A model generated the notes under the pieces. The model was not told the origin of the DNA. It searched no databases and was given only the letters and a program-made list of their open reading frames with translations. From Cyclobacteriaceae bacterium (lineage in GTDB: Bacteria; Bacteroidota; Bacteroidia; Cytophagales; Cyclobacteriaceae), in contig DAOLDI010000001.1 in NCBI GenBank assembly GCA_035327445.1, forward strand, positions 1-30,389: DNA of 30,389 nt. The letters are read 5' to 3'. Both the position numbers and the translations under genes were made by a program. Positions 24,704 through 30,389 of the stretch are shown piece by piece (position 1 is the first letter of the stretch; each line of letters opens with the position of its first letter).

Positions 24704-25924
24704 TCATACTGCACCCTTATTCAGGAATACGGTAAGAAAATTTCGTACCTGTAAGTGTTGAATACCCTCAATGTCGCCTTCTGCGTATTCATCCATGCTT
24801 ACCACAATTTTCGGATAATTGTCTTCAATCAAAAGCAGGTTTCCAAATTCACGCTTACGGGTTGATTCATCGCTTACTGAATAAGCAACCTGTACATAAA
24901 GTTTTTCGCCTCCTCTTTCGCAAACAAAATCAACTTCTTTGTTTTGCAATTTCCCAACAAATACTTTGTAGCCTGCGATGAGTAAATGCAACAAGACTAT
25001 ATTTTCCAGGATTTTTCCGATATCCGTTCCTCTGTATCCAAGCAATGAATGTCGCAAGCCAAGGTCCTGTAAATAATACTTCTGGCCTATCTCAAGTATT
25101 TTTTTTCCGGCAATTTCTGATCTGCTGATTTTTTGAACAAGGAAAGCCTCTTCAAGATGAGCCAGGTAGTTGAGAATAATATTGGGCGAAACCGCTACTT
25201 TCTGCGATTTCAGAAAATCACTTATATTCTTTGCCGAGAGCAAGCTTCCAATATTATCAGCAACATAGTAAACAAGACTTTCAAGCAGGGCTATGTTTCT
25301 GATTTGATGCCTTCTGGCCACATCTTTAAACAAAATGGCTGAATAAATATTTTTCAGGTATTCATATACAGTTTCGTCACTGAGCGGAAGATTAATCAAG
25401 TAGGGCATCCCACCGTAGCGGCAGTAAAGATTAAATGATTCGGCATTGTTGGGGCGTTGATGAAAATCGAGAAACTCCGTGTAACTAAGTCCGTAAACCT
25501 TTATTTCAATATATCTTCCACTAAGAAATGTTGCGAGTTCACCCGAAAGCAGGAAAGCATTGCTTCCCGTTATATAAATATCAAAATTGTTTTCAGCCAA
25601 AAGACTTCTCAAGGCTTTTTCAAAGTCTTCGATATCCTGTATTTCGTCAACAAAAAGATAATTTTTTACCTTGAGCTTGTGGTGATGTTTAGCATAAGCA
25701 ATCAGGTCTTGATAGGATTTTACATTTTCAAATTCGTATAACTCTTTGTTGATGTAAATGATATTGGCCTTGGTATTTTCTGCTTTTATTTCATTTATGA
25801 TTTGCATAAGCAGGGCGCTTTTGCCTACCCTCCTTTGCCCAACTATTACTTTGATAAGATTTTTCCCAACAAAAGGTCTGATTTTATCAAGATACAATGT
25901 GCGCTTTATGATTCCTGGGAGCAT
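24704..25924 (-). CDS. AAA_14 ATPase with C-terminal DUF4143 (nuclease-like) domain
   Basis: Walker A GQRRVGKS, Walker B YLFVDEIQ, ITGSNA.LLSGELAT.LSGRY, YGGMP, K.YL.D.GLR, LENIV, EVDFV...YVQVAY. Confidence 0.93.
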   Translation of the reverse strand: MLPGIIKRTLYLDKIRPFVGKNLIKVIVGQRRVGKSALLMQIINEIKAENTKANIIYINKELYEFENVKSYQDLIAYAKHHHKLKVKNYLFVDEIQDIEDFEKALRSLLAENNFDIYITGSNAFLLSGELATFLSGRYIEIKVYGLSYTEFLDFHQRPNNAESFNLYCRYGGMPYLINLPLSDETVYEYLKNIYSAILFKDVARRHQIRNIALLESLVYYVADNIGSLLSAKNISDFLKSQKVAVSPNIILNYLAHLEEAFLVQKISRSEIAGKKILEIGQKYYLQDLGLRHSLLGYRGTDIGKILENIVLLHLLIAGYKVFVGKLQNKEVDFVCERGGEKLYVQVAYSVSDESTRKREFGNLLLIEDNYPKIVVSMDEYAEGDIEGIQHLQVRNFLTVFLNKGAV

Positions 25925-25930
25925 ATAAAG

Positions 25931-25948
25931 TTTTAAGTATACTTAAAA
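25931..25948. promoter_or_regulatory. Perfect 18-bp palindrome TTTTAAGTATACTTAAAA (operator 1)
   Basis: Self-complementary; 6 nt upstream of the ATG at 25924. Confidence 0.7.
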
Positions 25949-25954
25949 GATATA

Positions 25955-25962
25955 CAAAATTA
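25955..25962 (-). promoter_or_regulatory. -7 box (TAATTTTG) for the AAA_14 gene
   Basis: Exact consensus between the two palindromes; TTTA lies 20 nt upstream (25983-25986) as a putative -33. Confidence 0.65.
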
Positions 25963-25969
25963 TAAAAAC

Positions 25970-25987
25970 TTTTAAATATACTTAAAA
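25970..25987. promoter_or_regulatory. Second palindrome copy TTTTAAATATACTTAAAA (operator 2)
   Basis: 17/18 identical to operator 1, offset by 39 bp. Confidence 0.7.
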
Positions 25988-26045
25988 TAAAAAATAAGAG
26001 ATTATTATGCTTTTAGATATTTGATGGATTAAATGGAAAGAAAGC

Positions 26046-27185
26046 TCAAAGTCTTTCTTCAAGTATCTTTCTTACCTCTTCTGCATCCGGGTCAACAGCT
26101 AGTATGCTTCCATCACGGTCAATTAAAAACACCCCACCTCCTGCAAATGAGAGATTGTATTTGGGCCATATTCCATATTTATCATCCAAATCCACCAGAT
26201 TGAGCCAGGTCCATTTTTCTTTTTTGATTCTGTCCTCCATCTTCTTTGTGTCTTTCGATTCCCTTGCAACGCCAATTATATCAAAGCCTTTGTCTTTATA
26301 TTCCCGATAAACAGGAAGCATCGTTCTCGTTTTTGCAATACAAGGTCCGCACCAGGTAGCCCAAAGATCAAGTAATACAATATTGTCTTGTTTAAGAGAG
26401 GAAAATACTTGAGGGTTTTTCTTCAGATCATCTGCAGTGAAGTCTAAATACTTCCCACCAACTTTAATCTGATCGCGACTATTTAAACCTTCACCGATAT
26501 TTTTGGTATAGATATGTTCTGGAAATTTTGCAGCATACTTTGGGTAGCTTTTCTTGATTAAGTTCAGCATATATTCATCTTCTCCCCAAAAAATGAAGTC
26601 CTTTTGCATTAGAAAATATGTTGCAATAGAAACATTTGCTGAGATATAATCATATTGCCAATCTCTTGCTTCATTTATCATTTCTTTAATCTGTGATTGA
26701 AAGAAACTTAATTTTTCGGGATTTGATGCATAGAGATTAATACTATCGTTCAGCGACTGAAATCTGCTGGACGGAAATTTTGAGTAAAACAAATCGAGAT
26801 ACTCATAATACATTTTGTTGTCTTCGCCTCCTGTAATTTTATTCTCGCGAAAACGATCTTTGGGATATAGGGTAAAATTAACCTCACCTTTTGCAGGAAA
26901 AAATGTAATTGGAATCCAAGCGCCTTTTTGATGTTCATCTTTAAAAGTTAATTCATAGGCTTCTGTTTCAGAAAATTTCAAGTCATACTCAAATGAATTG
27001 TTGTTTATAGGAATCTCGATTGATCGGATTCTCATATCATCAGTAAATTTGGATAGGATAAGCGCCTTACTTTCTCTGTCAATAATCTTACCCTTTAGCT
27101 TGCAGGTAAGCTCTTGCGCAGTGAGTGGAGAAACTACAAAAGCCAATAAACAGACAAAATGAAATCTTAATACAGTAATTTTCAT
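26046..27185 (-). CDS. Exported TlpA/AhpC-TSA family thiol-disulfide oxidoreductase (DUF4369-like N-domain)
   Basis: VLLDLWATWCGPC, KDKGF.I.GV, W.N..D; signal peptide ending LTA-Q. Confidence 0.9.
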   Translation of the reverse strand: MKITVLRFHFVCLLAFVVSPLTAQELTCKLKGKIIDRESKALILSKFTDDMRIRSIEIPINNNSFEYDLKFSETEAYELTFKDEHQKGAWIPITFFPAKGEVNFTLYPKDRFRENKITGGEDNKMYYEYLDLFYSKFPSSRFQSLNDSINLYASNPEKLSFFQSQIKEMINEARDWQYDYISANVSIATYFLMQKDFIFWGEDEYMLNLIKKSYPKYAAKFPEHIYTKNIGEGLNSRDQIKVGGKYLDFTADDLKKNPQVFSSLKQDNIVLLDLWATWCGPCIAKTRTMLPVYREYKDKGFDIIGVARESKDTKKMEDRIKKEKWTWLNLVDLDDKYGIWPKYNLSFAGGGVFLIDRDGSILAVDPDAEEVRKILEERL

Positions 27186-27249
27186 AACAATCTCGTTTTT
27201 ACCTAAGTAAAAATAAGACCTTCTCCGAAAAATTCAAGGATAAAATACT

Positions 27250-28701
27250 TCAGTCTATAACCGGCAACACAAAATTATCCAGCGCGCTGGGCAGCGCGAT
27301 CGTTTTTTCTATCTCTTCTGTTGTGCGTGGCGCCAGGTGTGACAAGAGTTCATAGCCATCTTTTGTAATCAAAATATTGTCTTCTATGCGCACGGCAATG
27401 TTCCACCACTTAGGGTCGCATTTGCTGTTTTCAGGAATATAGATGCCTGGCTCTACACTAATCACCATATTTTCTTCAAGTGCTTCGTAATTTCCCCTGT
27501 CATGCACAGCCAAACCAATATGATGCGATAAACCATGCGGATAATATAAATGTCTGTCGGTTGGACTTTTAATAATTCCTAATTCGGCTAAACCTGCATT
27601 GATCACATTGCGCGAAATGGCAGTCATCTCAGCAAAAGTTGCCCCAGGCTTGCAAATGGCAAGCGCATCATTCTGTGCTTTCAGCACCAAATCGTAAATC
27701 AGTTTTTGCTCTTTGCTGAATTTACCAGAAGCAGGAATGGTGCGCGTAACATCGGCCGTATAGCCATGATATTCTGCGCCCAAATCCATCAGCACCATTT
27801 CTTTTGGATGAATAGCCGGTTTATAATTTTCAACATAATGTAAAATGCATCCGTTATGTCCGCCACCCACAATAGAGGGATAACCAATATCTTCTGCCTG
27901 GTATTTCTTGAATACAAATTCATGAATGCCTTGTATCTCTCTTTCTGACATCCCCGGCTTCATGGCTTTCATCACTTCAACCTGACCAATAGCAGAAATA
28001 TTTACAGCTTTTCTCAGTAATGCAATTTCTTCGGGTGTCTTAATACCGCGCAAATCGTTCATGATATTAACTAAAGTTCTGGTATCAAGATTTTGCGGTT
28101 TGGGCTCAGGACTTAAAGTTTGCACGCTGGCATCAGGATAGCCGGCCTTTGTTTTGAATTGTTTGATCAAATCAAAAAGATCGGCCGGGTCATTAGGGAT
28201 ATCGCGTACATCATTGAAAAAATCAAAGAACAACACTTTATCAAATTTGCCGAAATCGATATTGTAATTGGCAAATTCCCGGTTGTTAAACACCTGCTCA
28301 AAACCGAGCCTGTCTTTTGTGCCAAGTTCTCCTAACCTTCGGCCATCCCACATTTCTCTGATGGGATTACGCGGCTGTACGAAAATGATTTCATCATATT
28401 GTTTGTTTTCAGGGCCTGTTTGCTTGTCTTTAAAAACCAGTAAAACTGCATGAGGTTCTTTATAGCCAGTGAGGTAATAAAAATCAGGGTCCTGATGATA
28501 AATGTAATCTACATCATTGCTTCGGTTGCGCACAGCATTGGCAAAAAACACAGCTACTGAATTTGCAGGCATTTTTTCGCGAAGTGCGCTTCTGCGCTCT
28601 TTGTGCCAATCTTTACTTAGAAAATCTGTTGGTAGTTCCGGGGTTTGGGCTAGCACAAGAGTGCTGCTAATAAAAAGACAGATAATAAGTACTTTCTTCA
28701 T
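27250..28701 (-). CDS. Exported Xaa-Pro aminopeptidase (M24B)
   Basis: RSND..Y.Y.Q..DFYYLTG, IKT.EEI, YPSIV, LHY, DLGAEY.GY.ADVTRTIP, HGLSHHIGL.VHD, VEPGIYI, VRIEDNIL; ATG at 28701 with signal peptide. Confidence 0.93.
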   Translation of the reverse strand: MKKVLIICLFISSTLVLAQTPELPTDFLSKDWHKERRSALREKMPANSVAVFFANAVRNRSNDVDYIYHQDPDFYYLTGYKEPHAVLLVFKDKQTGPENKQYDEIIFVQPRNPIREMWDGRRLGELGTKDRLGFEQVFNNREFANYNIDFGKFDKVLFFDFFNDVRDIPNDPADLFDLIKQFKTKAGYPDASVQTLSPEPKPQNLDTRTLVNIMNDLRGIKTPEEIALLRKAVNISAIGQVEVMKAMKPGMSEREIQGIHEFVFKKYQAEDIGYPSIVGGGHNGCILHYVENYKPAIHPKEMVLMDLGAEYHGYTADVTRTIPASGKFSKEQKLIYDLVLKAQNDALAICKPGATFAEMTAISRNVINAGLAELGIIKSPTDRHLYYPHGLSHHIGLAVHDRGNYEALEENMVISVEPGIYIPENSKCDPKWWNIAVRIEDNILITKDGYELLSHLAPRTTEEIEKTIALPSALDNFVLPVID

Positions 28702-28767
28702 GTTATTAATTTTACTCAATTACTTAAAATGTATTTTATTTTTTTCAACTGGTTTTATGAATGGTTT

Positions 28768-30264
28768 TTATTCCACACGACTGAATTCAAAACCGCTGAA
28801 AGAAACTTTTGAAACCTGCCCTAAGGCATTTAATTCAAATTGTACCGGCCATTCACCGCGCCAGCTTTTTTCAAATTGGGTAACAAAAGTATCATAGTGC
28901 CAGTGCTTAAGCTTTCCGCTCAGGTAATTATTGGATGTGAAAACGAGTTGATCACCCTCAACTTTTATCAACAGGTTTCCATAAAGTTTATCTCTGTAAT
29001 TTCCGGCATAAGCCTCAAGCGCCAATGATGGTTTGGTATCCATCACTCTTTTTGATTTGAAATCTTCTGTTCGCTTTTCACTTGTTAAACGGATCTTTTC
29101 ATACAAATCAAAAAATTCTTTGTTCCAGTCCCGGTTTCCGCCAAGGGCAAATAAATCAAATGCCTTAAACATGAGTGCATGGCGAAGCTCTACATGATCA
29201 TAATTACCGAAAATGTAGATACCCAAATTTTCATCGGGTAATTGGGCGTTCAGTGCAATTGATCCGGGCAGGCTTCCGGTATGATAGTTTATTTTTCTTC
29301 CTTTATAATCTTGCTGAAACCAACCCAGGCCATAGCTTGTCCAGTTAGGCTTTGTAATTTGCGCTGTTGGATAAAACTGGTTAATGGGTATCAGAATTTG
29401 TGGTTTAAACATTTCTGCCCATGTATTGGCGCTCAGCAATCTTCCGCCTGCAAACTTGCTGCTGTCGAGCATAGCTGTTACCCACTTACTCATATCTGCT
29501 ATACTTGACCATACGCTACCGGCAGGACCAATCTGGTCTGCGCTCAGGTGATCGATCACCATAATTTCTCCGTTCACTTTATAATGTGCCCTGGTTTGGT
29601 TGCTGTCTTTTACATCTTTCAATAATGGATAAGTGTTTGTCATGCCCAACGGCATAAATACTCGATCGCGAATAAACTGATCCCAGCTTTGACCGCTCGC
29701 CTTTTCAATTACTTTGCCAGCGGCCAGGTAAAAAATATTTTGATACGTATAACCAGCCCGCAATGAATATGAAGGCTGCACATAACGCATTTTGTGTAAA
29801 ACCTCTTCTCCAGAAATGTCCATCAGGCCCCACAAGAAATCAGTATTACCGACACCGGTATTATGCGTAAACAAATCGCGCACTGTAATTTCTCTTGTCA
29901 CGTATGGATCATACAATTGAAAATCAGGAAGGTGATTAATTACCTTATCGTTCCAGTTCACTTTACCTTCATCAACCAAAATACCCATGGCTGCTGCAAC
30001 CATAGCTTTGGTAGTTGATGCACAAGCAAATAGGGTATTGGCATCAACTGGTTCATTTGTATTTATTTCTCGTACACCGTAACCTTTGGTAAGCAAGACC
30101 TTGCCATCTTTAACAACAGTAACCGCAATGCCTGGAGCTTCCCAAACTTTTTGCGCATTGATGATATAGGCCTCAAACTCTTTTACTTTTTTATCAAGCG
30201 AATTTGATTTCTGTGCAAAGCTTGTTGAATAAACAAAGCATAGCAGGATAATAAGTGTGCGCAT
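28768..30264 (-). CDS. Serine hydrolase, beta-lactamase family, with DUF3471 C-domain
   Basis: SxxK (ASTTK), YxN (YQN), HTG (YHTGS), C-terminal LE.YAG.Y....YG and HWHYDTF; signal peptide. Confidence 0.93.
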   Translation of the reverse strand: MRTLIILLCFVYSTSFAQKSNSLDKKVKEFEAYIINAQKVWEAPGIAVTVVKDGKVLLTKGYGVREINTNEPVDANTLFACASTTKAMVAAAMGILVDEGKVNWNDKVINHLPDFQLYDPYVTREITVRDLFTHNTGVGNTDFLWGLMDISGEEVLHKMRYVQPSYSLRAGYTYQNIFYLAAGKVIEKASGQSWDQFIRDRVFMPLGMTNTYPLLKDVKDSNQTRAHYKVNGEIMVIDHLSADQIGPAGSVWSSIADMSKWVTAMLDSSKFAGGRLLSANTWAEMFKPQILIPINQFYPTAQITKPNWTSYGLGWFQQDYKGRKINYHTGSLPGSIALNAQLPDENLGIYIFGNYDHVELRHALMFKAFDLFALGGNRDWNKEFFDLYEKIRLTSEKRTEDFKSKRVMDTKPSLALEAYAGNYRDKLYGNLLIKVEGDQLVFTSNNYLSGKLKHWHYDTFVTQFEKSWRGEWPVQFELNALGQVSKVSFSGFEFSRVE

Positions 30265-30277
30265 AAGTGTTATTGTG

Positions 30278-30389
30278 TTAAAGTTGTTTTTCTAAAATTA
30301 CAAACTCCAGGGGCATTTTAGGTCTGCCGTAGCGAGGATCAGTAAACACAAAGGGCTCTCTTTTATCTGTTAAGGTATACCCATGTCTT
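30278..30389 (-). CDS. Partial GNAT-family N-acetyltransferase (3' end; runs off the window)
   Basis: Manual translation ...RHGYTLTDKREPFVFTDPRYGRPKMPLEFVILEKQL* resembles a GNAT C-terminus (RRGY..TG...PF...D..FG.P...LEF.VLEK.L); stop at 30278-30280. Confidence 0.7.
   Translation of the reverse strand, partial: RHGYTLTDKREPFVFTDPRYGRPKMPLEFVILEKQL

Noticed and set aside
27196-27213. Palindrome TTTTTAC-CTAA-GTAAAAA upstream of the TlpA gene
   Set aside because: Only 7-bp AT-rich arms and single copy; plausible by chance.

Overview
Chromosomal window from a Bacteroidota genome, probably Cytophagales. This is inferred from TAnnTTTG -7 promoter boxes, signal peptides cleaved before Gln, and the rpmB-rpmG-DUF4295-ftsY ... 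rimO-bshC gene order. Most of it is housekeeping: mazG, glmM, iscS, stand-alone mnmD, 5-formyl-THF cyclo-ligase, bshC, rimO, ftsY, L28/L33/bL38, a HAD phosphatase and rocD. Accessory genes are interspersed: a ParE-type toxin-antitoxin pair inserted downstream of bshC, a TPR histidine kinase/NarL-type regulator pair followed by an unknown 588-aa exported protein, a membrane AraC regulator plus DUF2867, an AAA_14/DUF4143 ATPase, a TlpA-like redoxin and two exported peptidases. Two CDSs missing from the ORF track were added: DUF4295/bL38 at 14082-14237 and a partial GNAT at the right edge. No CRISPR array, tRNA, rRNA, integrase or transposase was found. The strongest sequence-level observations are: (i) twin 18-bp palindromes flanking the promoter of the AAA_14/DUF4143 gene; (ii) a three-copy TACCC-N4-GYWCGGAT motif linking the two-component system to the unknown exported protein; (iii) an orphan two-TM sensor domain with no cytoplasmic output; (iv) a tandemly duplicated DUF6452-like lipoprotein; (v) several REP-like or nested palindromic elements. 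All family assignments come from motif recognition, not database searches.
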